This document shows positions 1-7,716 of a stretch of DNA of 32,607 bases, piece by piece; within the stretch, counting starts at the first letter, position 1; the number at the start of each line of letters is the position of its first letter. Source of the stretch: an uncultured Pseudomonadales bacterium (GTDB lineage Bacteria > Patescibacteriota > Microgenomatia > UBA1400 > PJMF01); the NCBI GenBank assembly GCA_964393205.1, contig CAYMSV010000003.1, positions 1 through 32,607 of the forward strand, in the 5' to 3' direction. Both the position numbers and the translations under genes were made by a program. The notes under the pieces were generated by a model that saw only the letters and a program-made list of their open reading frames with translations, was not told the DNA's origin and searched no databases.

Positions 1-87
1 ATGGTTGTAAGGCAGCCATGTTTGAATATATGGTTGTAGTGGGTAAGAAACAAGCCTTTTTTTTGACTGATACTCGTGATTGGCCAC
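1..87 (-). CDS. Possible 5' end of a gene divergent from rpoD, running off the window
   Basis: GTG at 87-85 opens a stop-free frame (MANHEYQSKKRLVSYPLQPYIQTWLPYNH...) to the window edge; too short to verify. Confidence 0.3.
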   Translation of the reverse strand, partial: MANHEYQSKKRLVSYPLQPYIQTWLPYNH

Positions 88-116
88 TTTTTTGATACTC
101 TTTTAACACCTACTTC

Positions 117-145
117 TTGATTTAATTCAAAATTTTTTGTATAAT
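117..145 (+). promoter_or_regulatory. Sigma70-type promoter for rpoD
   Basis: TTGATT (117-122), 17-bp spacer, TATAAT (140-145). Confidence 0.6.
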
Positions 146-255
146 TATATACTTGACGCACTGAACTTTTCTCTGGTGTAGAGGCAGATACTAAAGAAAA
201 GGACTTGACAGTGATCTTTTTTATTTTTAAAGACCCCTTAATTAGGGTAAAAATT

Positions 256-1509
256 ATGGCTAAAAGCAAAAGTAAAACCACTCCCAAAAGTAAATCTCAA
301 TCTAAAAAAAGTAAAGTTAGTTCAAAAAAAACTAAAGCTAAAGCTGAATCTAAGTCAGATAAAAAGAAAAAGACAACTAAAAACGACTCTAGTACAAAAA
401 TAGAGGCAAGTAAAAACACTAAGAAACCACCCAAATCATTACTGTCAGATGTTAAAACGCTGATCAAAACTGGTAAAAAACGTGGTTATTTAGCTCAAGA
501 TGAAATTTTAGATGTTTTTGTTGAACCAGAAATATATATTGAGCTTTTGGATGATTTTTACGATCAACTTTTCAAAAAAAATATTGATGTTTTTGAATCT
601 GTTTCCGAAGATCAATTGGAAGAAGATGAAGATGTACTACAACAAGAATTAGATGTATTGGCTAATCTAGGCAATGTTGGTGTTTCTGATCCGGTACGCA
701 TGTACTTAAAAGAAATTGGCCGAATTCCCCTATTAACTCGTGAAGAAGAAATTCGTTTGGCACAAAAAGTTGAAGCAGGCAGTCCTAAGGCTAAAAAAGA
801 TTTAATTGATGCTAACTTACGTTTAGTAGTTTCTATTGCTAAAAAATATATTGGTCGAGGGATGACTTTTTTAGATTTAATCCAAGAAGGCAATAAGGGT
901 TTAATTAGAGCAGTAGAAAAATATGATTGGACTAAAGGTTTCAAGTTTTCTACTTATGCTACTTGGTGGATTCGCCAAGCAATCACTCGTTCTATTGCTG
1001 ATCAAGCGCGTACCATTCGTATTCCTGTACACATGGTTGAAACAATCAATAAATTGATGCGTACTTCTAGGAGGTTAATGCAGGATTTAGGTAGAGAGCC
1101 TACTCCAGAAGAGATTGGTGAAAAAATGGAGCTTGAGCCAGAGAAAGTGCGAGCTATTCTAAAGATTTCTCAAAACACCACCTCATTGGAAATGCCAGTC
1201 GGTGATGGTGAGGACGACAGCACGCTTGGAGATTTTATTGCGGATGATAAACAAGCCTCTCCTTATGATTCAACTAGCAAACAAATGCTCACTGAAAACG
1301 TTGAAGAAGTGCTTAAAGCTCTTTCTGATCGCGAAGCTAAAGTGCTGAGGATGCGTTTTGGTTTAGCCGGTAACAGAACTATGACTTTAGAAGAGGTTGG
1401 ACGAGAATTTGGGGTGACAAGAGAACGTATTAGACAAATTGAAGCCAAGGCACTGCGTAAATTGAAACATCCAAGTAGACGTAAAAAATTACAAGATTTT
1501 TTGGAATAA
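256..1509 (+). CDS. rpoD: RNA polymerase primary sigma factor RpoD/SigA
   Basis: Region 1.2 [11 protein letters not shown]; region 2 [39 protein letters not shown]; region 4 [30 protein letters not shown] at 256 preferred over TTG at 205. Confidence 0.98.
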   Translation: MAKSKSKTTPKSKSQSKKSKVSSKKTKAKAESKSDKKKKTTKNDSSTKIEASKNTKKPPKSLLSDVKTLIKTGKKRGYLAQDEILDVFVEPEIYIELLDDFYDQLFKKNIDVFESVSEDQLEEDEDVLQQELDVLANLGNVGVSDPVRMYLKEIGRIPLLTREEEIRLAQKVEAGSPKAKKDLIDANLRLVVSIAKKYIGRGMTFLDLIQEGNKGLIRAVEKYDWTKGFKFSTYATWWIRQAITRSIADQARTIRIPVHMVETINKLMRTSRRLMQDLGREPTPEEIGEKMELEPEKVRAILKISQNTTSLEMPVGDGEDDSTLGDFIADDKQASPYDSTSKQMLTENVEEVLKALSDREAKVLRMRFGLAGNRTMTLEEVGREFGVTRERIRQIEAKALRKLKHPSRRKKLQDFLE

Positions 1510-1513
1510 TTTT

Positions 1514-1834
1514 ATGACACCAGTTGAATCAGAAAAAAAGCAAGGTTTAGATAAAGAGTATTTTCGTTGGTTAATTAATCAGAATTTTGAAACTTCTGGT
1601 TTAGAAGTGCAAAGCGATGAGGTAATTGATAAAGCGATAGAAAGAACTCAAGGTTTGGTAAAAGAGATTTTGGAAGCGAGTTTTAGATTAAGAGATTTTC
1701 AAAGTATAGCTCGGGAATATGATCTTGCTCCACAGAGGGTGCAGCAATTATATGCTCAAGCCATAAAAAATGTTTCGAATTTAATAAAGAATGATTTAGT
1801 AGATGGAGAGGTCAATACTGATGAAAATAATTAG
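1514..1834 (+). CDS. Small protein with sigma-70 region 4-like helix-turn-helix
   Basis: VKEILEASFRLRDFQSIAREYDLAPQRVQQLYAQAIKNV aligns by eye with RpoD region 4; starts 4 bp after the rpoD stop. Confidence 0.65.
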   Translation: MTPVESEKKQGLDKEYFRWLINQNFETSGLEVQSDEVIDKAIERTQGLVKEILEASFRLRDFQSIAREYDLAPQRVQQLYAQAIKNVSNLIKNDLVDGEVNTDENN

Positions 1835-2552
1835 TTTAAACATTGAGGGAAATAAGCACCTTGATGATAAAATTTTACCTTTTTTTGTCAAAGAAAAAGC
1901 CGACGTTTTATGCCTGCAAGAAGTTTTTGCCAAAGATATTCAAAAAATTATGCAAGAAACAGGCTTGGATAAATACAGCTTTGTTTCACAAGCCAAGGTT
2001 ACCAAAGAAAATCCTCACCTTCCAGCCAATGGTTTATGGGGACTTTGTGTTTTTGCGAAAAACTTATCTAAAATACGCAAACACTATTACAATGGCAACG
2101 CCAATCAAATTCCAGAATTTTTTGCTTATCAAGACCCTAACTCGATGAATCGTTGTTTGCTAAGTTGTCAAACTGAGATTGATGGTGATATTTTTCAATT
2201 AGCCAGCACTCATTTTACTTGGTCTGGAGAAGGTAAAGTTAGCGATTTACAAAAAGAAAATTTTGCTAAACTTAAATCATTTTTAACTAAGTATCCAGAG
2301 ATGGTTTTTTGCGGTGATCTTAATACTCCGCGAGGCGAGAAAATTTATGATCAGTTGGCAGAGATATATACAGATAATATTCCCAGTAAGATTGATACTA
2401 CAGTGGACAAAAATATTCATAAATCTGGAAAAGATATTCGCTTAGTAATAGATGCTCTTTTTACCAGCCAACACTACAAGGTGAGCAAAGTAAAAGTAGT
2501 GGGTGGTGTTAGTGATCATAAGGCAATTGTAGCCGAAGTTAAGCGACAGTAA
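1821..2552 (+). CDS. Endonuclease/exonuclease/phosphatase (EEP) family protein
   Basis: Motifs MKIISLNIE, DVLCLQEV, THF, CGDLN, IDALF, SDHKAI; ATG at 1821 with GGAGAGG upstream. Confidence 0.9.
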   Translation: MKIISLNIEGNKHLDDKILPFFVKEKADVLCLQEVFAKDIQKIMQETGLDKYSFVSQAKVTKENPHLPANGLWGLCVFAKNLSKIRKHYYNGNANQIPEFFAYQDPNSMNRCLLSCQTEIDGDIFQLASTHFTWSGEGKVSDLQKENFAKLKSFLTKYPEMVFCGDLNTPRGEKIYDQLAEIYTDNIPSKIDTTVDKNIHKSGKDIRLVIDALFTSQHYKVSKVKVVGGVSDHKAIVAEVKRQ

Positions 2553-2633
2553 TTGTTTTGACTGGTATTTTTGTTTCTTTTTGATAAAATTCTATTATTG
2601 CTTAAATTTATTTAGGCAAAAGCTCATTTAAAA

Positions 2634-2705
2634 TCCCCTGTAGCTCAATGGCAGAGCAGGAAGCTGTTAACTTCAAGGTTGTAGGTTCGACTCCTACCGG
2701 GGGAG
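2634..2705 (+). tRNA. tRNA-Asn (GTT)
   Basis: Acceptor TCCCCTG/CGGGGGA, D arm GCTC-AATGGCA-GAGC, anticodon loop CTGTTAA, T arm GTAGG-TTCGACT-CCTAC; CCA not encoded. Confidence 0.96.
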
Positions 2706-2766
2706 CAATAAATTTTAAATAGACTGACAAATAAGTTTTTAATTACTCTTCATTTTAAGCTCTTAG

Positions 2767-2794
2767 TTGAAATAATAATATTATAGGATATAAT
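2767..2794 (+). promoter_or_regulatory. Sigma70-type promoter for the 2852 gene
   Basis: TTGAAA (2767-2772), 16-bp spacer, TATAAT (2789-2794); predicts a start near 2801. Confidence 0.6.
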
Positions 2795-2800
2795 ATTGAT

Positions 2801-3555
2801 AAGGTTTTTTTCTGGTCGTCGTTCTCGTCCTATAAAGGAAAAAGGAGTCTGATGAACAACGAAAGCAACTTAAAAATTAATGTTGGAAAAAGCGGGTGGC
2901 AACTTTCCTTCGAGCACGAAAATGAAGGAATTTGGGTTAAAATCCTGGATCTTATCAAAGATGAAGGATTAGATCCTGAAGCTATCAACTTTTGTCTTGC
3001 CAGGCCTGATGGGAAGTATTTCCATCTAACTATGGTAGAGGCACGTGTTTCTGGAAAAAATGGTGATCCTATAACTTTTCTACAGCCAATGCTTTTCGAG
3101 CATGATAACGGCAGCAAAGTGGGTGATGTATCCATTATATTCAGAAAAAATCCTTCAGGACGTTGGATGATCCAGACGGATCAAGAAGACGTCTATGAAG
3201 ATGAAACAACCATCAAAAAACTATGGAGAACGGTTCGAAGCTCGTTGGATAATATTATCCAATCGGTAAAAAAAACCGTTGTACATAGCGGTTGGATTTA
3301 TTCCAATGCTCGGCGAATTGGTGGGAAAGCAATTCAAACCCACTACGTAATTGCGGGGTGGAGTCCACAATTAGCTGAAAAAATGATGGATGTTTTTGAT
3401 TATATCCAGACCTTGGATTCGATGGGTCTAGCTTGCTTTGTGAAAGCATTGCAACATATGCCCAGCGAACCTGCTCGAGAAATTTTTGAGCAGATGAGAA
3501 TCCCGTTCGATAACGGCGATTCTGAGTAAAAGAGTTTGGCACCAGAAAAAACCTT
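2801..3555. repeat. Long-range inverted repeat bracketing the 2852-3529 ORF (arms 2801-2816 and 3541-3555)
   Basis: AAGGTTTTTTTCTGGT vs ACCAGAAAAAACCTT: 15 complementary bases with one bulged T; extendable on both sides with G-U pairs. Confidence 0.8.
2852..3529 (+). CDS. Hypothetical protein, distant NDP-hexose 2,3-dehydratase / Nudix-like fold
   Basis: 225-aa ORF with AAGGAG RBS; RPDGKYF...FLQPML...GDVSII...TVRSSLDN recalls the GxFF...WxQPII...TVQAT.SN pattern of that family. The family call is tentative. Confidence 0.6.
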   Translation: MNNESNLKINVGKSGWQLSFEHENEGIWVKILDLIKDEGLDPEAINFCLARPDGKYFHLTMVEARVSGKNGDPITFLQPMLFEHDNGSKVGDVSIIFRKNPSGRWMIQTDQEDVYEDETTIKKLWRTVRSSLDNIIQSVKKTVVHSGWIYSNARRIGGKAIQTHYVIAGWSPQLAEKMMDVFDYIQTLDSMGLACFVKALQHMPSEPAREIFEQMRIPFDNGDSE

Positions 3556-3562
3556 GTGTGGA

Positions 3563-3611
3563 GTCTGTTTGCATAGTGATCTCAAGCTGATCCTAGTTAG
3601 CGCGGATAGAC
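3563..3611 (+). other. Predicted structured RNA element in the 3' UTR
   Basis: GTCTGTTTGC (3563-3572) pairs with GCGGATAGAC (3602-3611), 10 bp including 3 G-U; encloses hairpin GCTGA-TCCTAG-TTAGC (3586-3601). Confidence 0.45.
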
Positions 3612-3623
3612 GAAACAAACCCT

Positions 3624-3651
3624 AGCCCCCTTTGAAAAAAGGGGGCTTTTT
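3624..3651 (+). terminator. Rho-independent terminator
   Basis: AGCCCCCTTT-GAAA-AAAGGGGGCT perfect 10-bp stem followed by TTTT. Confidence 0.9.
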
Positions 3652-3692
3652 CTAGATTGCTGCTAAGATTTAAATCTTGATATAATATTTTT

Positions 3693-4262
3693 ATGAGTAA
3701 GAAAGAAGAAAAACTTGAAAAATTAGACATAAAACTTTTTGAAAAACTTCATATTAAACAAAAAAATGAGGTTAAACTTTTACAATCCATATGTTTTACT
3801 AAGGTGAGTGAAGAAGAAGCTAGGGAAGATTTTTATCATCCAGAGTTAGCACAAGTCTTAGTTTATGCGGGAGAAAAATTGATTGCTTGGGCAGGAATAC
3901 ATGAAACAGAACAAAAATTTCAAGGAAAGAAAATAAAAATCGGTGGCTATGGTATTTGCACTCACCCAGATTGGCAAAGACAGGGAATAGCAAAAAAAGT
4001 TTCAAAAAGAGCTATGGATTTCTTAAAAAAAAGAGAAGTTGAGATTGGCTTTTTGTCTATAGACCCATTAAACAAAGTAAGTGTGAAATTACATCAAAAA
4101 AATGGTTTTGTGATGCTACCAAGAAAATTTTCTTGGACTAATTCTAAAGGAGAGCTTAAAACAGATTTTGGAGGAATGATAGCTCCCATTAATTCAGAAA
4201 AATTATTCGAATACGTTTTACATGGTTCAGAGATTTTTTATGTGGGAAATGGCTATTGGTAA
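3693..4262 (+). CDS. GNAT family N-acetyltransferase
   Basis: Acetyl-CoA motif A ICTHPDWQRQGIAKK, plus SVKLHQKNGF. Confidence 0.88.
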   Translation: MSKKEEKLEKLDIKLFEKLHIKQKNEVKLLQSICFTKVSEEEAREDFYHPELAQVLVYAGEKLIAWAGIHETEQKFQGKKIKIGGYGICTHPDWQRQGIAKKVSKRAMDFLKKREVEIGFLSIDPLNKVSVKLHQKNGFVMLPRKFSWTNSKGELKTDFGGMIAPINSEKLFEYVLHGSEIFYVGNGYW

Positions 4263-4391
4263 ATTTAATTTAGCTGAAGTTTACAATTGGATTATTACTT
4301 GTCTCTTACCTAAATTTGAATGATTTCTGATTAAAATAGATTAAAATCTAGGATAAATAGTAAAGTAAAATGGTCAGGAGGGATAAGCTAT

Positions 4392-4748
4392 ATGTCTAAA
4401 ACAATAGAAAAGAGCGAAATTATAGTGGAGGACACTGGGGACTCTGAAAACAACAAAGGAGCCTTTCGTGCTACCAATCAATTTATAAACCTAATTTTTG
4501 GAACAATAATTTTTCTTTTATTGATTAGATTTATTTTTAAATTAACCGGAGCAAATCCAAATGCAGGAATTGTTGCTTTTACTTATTCACTAACGAATTT
4601 TTTTATGGCTCCATTTGAATTTATATTTCCTTCACAGGTAGTAAGTGGAGCAATTATGGAATGGTCAGTGTTGGTGGCAATGATTTTTTATGCTTTATTG
4701 GCTTGGATAATTATGAAATTAATTGCTATTTTCTTTACTACTAAATAG
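4392..4748 (+). CDS. YggT-family membrane protein
   Basis: LLIRFIFKLTGANP...FTYSLTNFFMAPFEFIFP; hydrophobic helices; AGGAGG RBS. Confidence 0.75.
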   Translation: MSKTIEKSEIIVEDTGDSENNKGAFRATNQFINLIFGTIIFLLLIRFIFKLTGANPNAGIVAFTYSLTNFFMAPFEFIFPSQVVSGAIMEWSVLVAMIFYALLAWIIMKLIAIFFTTK

Positions 4749-4800
4749 TGGTTAAGATTTTATCCAAAATGAATTCTGTTTAATAGTTGAATAAGGTTAG

Positions 4801-5169
4801 ATGAAGACTAAACCATTAACACCGGAAGAAAAAAGAATCATAGAGGGTAAAGCGACTGAGCCACCATTTACTGGCAAATATAATAATTTTTTTCCAAAGA
4901 GTGGTTTATTTGTTTGTCGCAAATGTGCTAGACCTCTTTTTTCTGCCCAGACAAAGTTTGAAGCTGGTTGTGGTTGGCCCTCTTTTGATCAAAGTATCGA
5001 AGGTGCAATCAAACGAGTGTTGGATACAGATGGTAGAAGAACTGAAATTATTTGTGAAAACTGCGGCGCACATCTAGGTCATGTTTTTGAGGGAGAGGAT
5101 TTAACAGACAAAAACACTAGACATTGTGTTAACTCTTTGTCTATTCAGTATTTAAAGAAATCCAAGTAA
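4801..5169 (+). CDS. msrB: Methionine-R-sulfoxide reductase MsrB
   Basis: TEPPFTG, CRKC and CENC zinc sites, GCGWPSF, HLGHVF, RHCVNS. Confidence 0.95.
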   Translation: MKTKPLTPEEKRIIEGKATEPPFTGKYNNFFPKSGLFVCRKCARPLFSAQTKFEAGCGWPSFDQSIEGAIKRVLDTDGRRTEIICENCGAHLGHVFEGEDLTDKNTRHCVNSLSIQYLKKSK

Positions 5170-5174
5170 ATTGA

Positions 5175-5867
5175 TTATTTTTCAAAAACAATAGTATCAA
5201 CTTTGGCACCTAATTTTTTAAGAATATTTTTTAAGTCCTGAACCATAGCTGAAGGTCCACAGACGTAAAAATTTTGTTTAAAATTTTTGACGTGTTTGTT
5301 AAGAAAATTTTTATCTATGCGGCCAGCATAATAGCCTGTCTGAGTTTCTTTGGTTAAAGTAAGAAGTAGATCTTCACTAGAAAAGGTATTTCTAAACTCT
5401 TTTTCTAAAATTACATCATGAGCTTTTTTATTTGAGAAAAAAAGTCGATTACCCTTAATTTTATGTCTGTTTTTTAGATCACGAATAATAGCAATAAAGG
5501 GTGTAATTCCAGCCCCACCAGCTATAAAAATTCCCGAACCCTGATAGTTAATTGTTCCCCAAGGTTCTTCTAGGATGAGCTTATCGCCAGGCTTTAGAGT
5601 ATGCAATTGCTCCGTTACCCCTTCATGATCAGGATATTTTTTTGTAGGATAGCTTTTGATTGTAAATTCTAATACTTGATCTTCGTTGAGCGAGGTAAAG
5701 GTAAAAGGTCTTTTTTCTTTTTGCCAAGCTTCTTGTTTAATTGCTACTTCAGTTGCTTGTCCAGGCTTAAAGATATAATTTTTAGGTTTTTCAATTATAA
5801 ATCGTTTAACGTCATGGGTTACAAATTCTGTCATTAGAATTGAAGAGGTATATTTTAAATTTGTCAT
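5175..5867 (-). CDS. FAD/NAD(P)-binding oxidoreductase (FNR-like flavodoxin reductase)
   Basis: FKPGQ, RPFTFTS, IAGGAGITPF, FYVCGP motifs. Confidence 0.9.
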   Translation of the reverse strand: MTNLKYTSSILMTEFVTHDVKRFIIEKPKNYIFKPGQATEVAIKQEAWQKEKRPFTFTSLNEDQVLEFTIKSYPTKKYPDHEGVTEQLHTLKPGDKLILEEPWGTINYQGSGIFIAGGAGITPFIAIIRDLKNRHKIKGNRLFFSNKKAHDVILEKEFRNTFSSEDLLLTLTKETQTGYYAGRIDKNFLNKHVKNFKQNFYVCGPSAMVQDLKNILKKLGAKVDTIVFEK

Positions 5868-5876
5868 TTTATTAAC

Positions 5877-6329
5877 CTACTTTTTTGTAAGTGAGTGGGC
5901 CTTACCAAGCTTGATTGCTTTTTTAACTAAAAGGTCTTTATCAATGGAACTGACATCTATTTTTTCGTTATATAGAAGTTTTAAACCCATAACTAAATAT
6001 TCGACTTTTTCTGCCTGTCTCTTTGGCAAAAAATTAATTTTAGCTGGATTTTTTTCGTAACCCTCAACCTCGATTCTGAGTGAACCAAAGAGAAAATTAG
6101 TCGCAACTTGGACGCTTTTTATATCTTTGATCAAAATAGGGTAAGTATCTTTAGAGAAAAAGAAGATATAAAAAATTAGATTTACCATTTTTTTATCAAT
6201 TTCAATCTTGGTTGGAAAAATTTTAAAAGGAAAAATAGTTTTAGTTCTTAATAAAGGTTTTCCAGTTTCTTCAATTAACTCATCTACTTTTTCTATTGCG
6301 GTCTGCTTGTTTTCTTGCTTATTATTCAT
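5877..6329 (-). CDS. Hypothetical protein, possible bacterial PH-like domain
   Basis: 150-aa ORF in operon; IKDIKSVQV...FGSLRIEV beta pattern. Confidence 0.6.
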   Translation of the reverse strand: MNNKQENKQTAIEKVDELIEETGKPLLRTKTIFPFKIFPTKIEIDKKMVNLIFYIFFFSKDTYPILIKDIKSVQVATNFLFGSLRIEVEGYEKNPAKINFLPKRQAEKVEYLVMGLKLLYNEKIDVSSIDKDLLVKKAIKLGKAHSLTKK

Positions 6330-6330
6330 C

Positions 6331-6477
6331 TCAAAATACTAATCGCCAAACAAAAATAATTACTAGAATGGCAATTATTGTTCCAATAATATTTTTGGGC
6401 ATCGGGATTATTGCTAAAAATAAATTAGCAATAAAGAAAAATAAAAGTAATCCAATAATAAATTCTAAAATTCCCAT
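6331..6477 (-). CDS. 48-aa two-helix small membrane protein (absent from the ORF track)
   Basis: MGILEFIIGLLLFFFIANLFLAIIPMPKNIIGTIIAILVIIFVWRLVF; AAGGAGGTG RBS; stop lies 1 bp before the next ATG. Confidence 0.8.
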   Translation of the reverse strand: MGILEFIIGLLLFFFIANLFLAIIPMPKNIIGTIIAILVIIFVWRLVF

Positions 6478-6493
6478 TTAACACCTCCTTTAC

Positions 6494-6721
6494 TTATTTA
6501 ATACTTGTCCACTGATCATCTTCTTTTTTGTATTTTTTCTTTACCGCTGCCCAGGCAATAGCATGAGCAGTTTCTTCGAGCGTTCTATTTCCCTTTCTAT
6601 CCTCCTCATGTCGGTATTGATCCCAAGCACTATTATAGGCCTCAAGATAAATTTCTTGTGCTTTCTGCGGTAGAACTCCTTTAACGTCTTCTGGTAAATT
6701 TTTAATTTTTTCATAAGGCAT
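6494..6721 (-). CDS. chaB: ChaB family protein
   Basis: MPY..LP..V..VLP.KAQEIY..AYNSAW...AHAIAWAAVKKKY signature. Confidence 0.92.
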   Translation of the reverse strand: MPYEKIKNLPEDVKGVLPQKAQEIYLEAYNSAWDQYRHEEDRKGNRTLEETAHAIAWAAVKKKYKKEDDQWTSIK

Positions 6722-6882
6722 TACTCAAAGTTTTCCTTTTTAATTTATATGTAGGTTCAGTAAAACATTTACTTGTAAAAAAGTTGTGAATTTAAAGTTA
6801 TAGAATTGTAATAAAAAATATTTGCTAATTGGTGATAGCAAATATTTTTATTATTATTGGTTTGGAAGCAGTAGATTTAATA

Positions 6883-7716
6883 TTATTTTTCCCAAATAAC
6901 ATCCATCTCTTTAAGTTTGTAATTATGGGGCTTGTAAGAAAAGTTTTTTTCTTCTTTAAAAGTAAAGGTTTTATTTATTTGTTTTCGTCTTTCTTCCATA
7001 GCTTGCTCAAATTTGCCTCCAGTTCGATTTGTTCTAATTTGTTTGTTTTTTGACATTAAGATTTTATCAAACCCGTTGGCTTTAGCGAATTTTTCCAAAC
7101 TATGCATTAAACCTTTAAATACTGAAACTTCGTCTGTTGAAAAAAGGAAGGTGCTTGAAGGATTGAGAGAAGCAGCTAAGACTTTTTCCCCATTTTCTTC
7201 AAAATGGTGTAAGAGTACTAGTCCTAAACAGCGATTGGTTTCTGGATCTTGGAACACAAATTGAAAATAATTTTCAATATCCCATATATTAGGCATCTGC
7301 TTTTCTGGACTTCGACCAGCAATGGGGTTATCTTCACTCACACAAACTCCTCCTGTCATTCTTGCATTAGCACTTTCTTTAGTTTTAGTGAAAAAACCAT
7401 TAATTACTTGCCTTTGTTGACCAGACTCACTTTCAAATTTATCTAATTCAGTTTCCAGTAAGTTTTGTTCTTCAGCAAATAAATTGAGAAACCTTAGGGC
7501 AGTAAAAGCTTGAAATTGTTTTTCATCGTATTCGCCAGTATCTATTCTAGCTAATGAGATGGCTAAATCTTCTAGGCTAATATTTCCTAGATGAAAGTTT
7601 TGAGGATCTATTTTATCTCCAGTTAGAGCCTCAATGGCTTCCATAGTTTTAGTTCTTTGACCTCTAAGTTGTCCATAGAAAGCTTTTGTCGATTCTTTGT
7701 CTGATGTTGGATTCAA
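6883..7716 (-). CDS. Hypothetical protein; probable C-terminal part of the 7664-11623 gene (frameshift)
   Basis: TTG start with no RBS; 53-bp overlap with the upstream ORF; alpha/beta domain with GVC motif and GNAT-like ending (LEKFAKANGFDKILM). Confidence 0.65.
   Translation of the reverse strand: MNPTSDKESTKAFYGQLRGQRTKTMEAIEALTGDKIDPQNFHLGNISLEDLAISLARIDTGEYDEKQFQAFTALRFLNLFAEEQNLLETELDKFESESGQQRQVINGFFTKTKESANARMTGGVCVSEDNPIAGRSPEKQMPNIWDIENYFQFVFQDPETNRCLGLVLLHHFEENGEKVLAASLNPSSTFLFSTDEVSVFKGLMHSLEKFAKANGFDKILMSKNKQIRTNRTGGKFEQAMEERRKQINKTFTFKEEKNFSYKPHNYKLKEMDVIWEK

Noticed and set aside
612-2148. ORF-track entries 612-944(-), 1263-1448(-) and 1843-2148(+)
   Set aside because: Shadow frames inside rpoD and the EEP gene, with no motifs or RBS
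2634-2760. tRNA-Asn as the attachment site of a genomic island
   Set aside because: No integrase and no duplicate of the tRNA 3' end seen in the window
2801-3555. Inverted repeats as IS/MITE ends
   Set aside because: No transposase, no target-site duplication, and the extension relies on G-U pairs
3560-3625. Hammerhead or HDV-like ribozyme (CTGA...CGAAAC; TCCTAGT loop)
   Set aside because: The core reads CTGATCC, not CUGANGA; the U16.1 position is C; HDV P1/P2/P4 helices could not be built. Kept only as an unclassified structure
6296-6481. 61-aa plus-strand ORF
   Set aside because: Antisense to the better-supported 6331-6477 minus-strand gene
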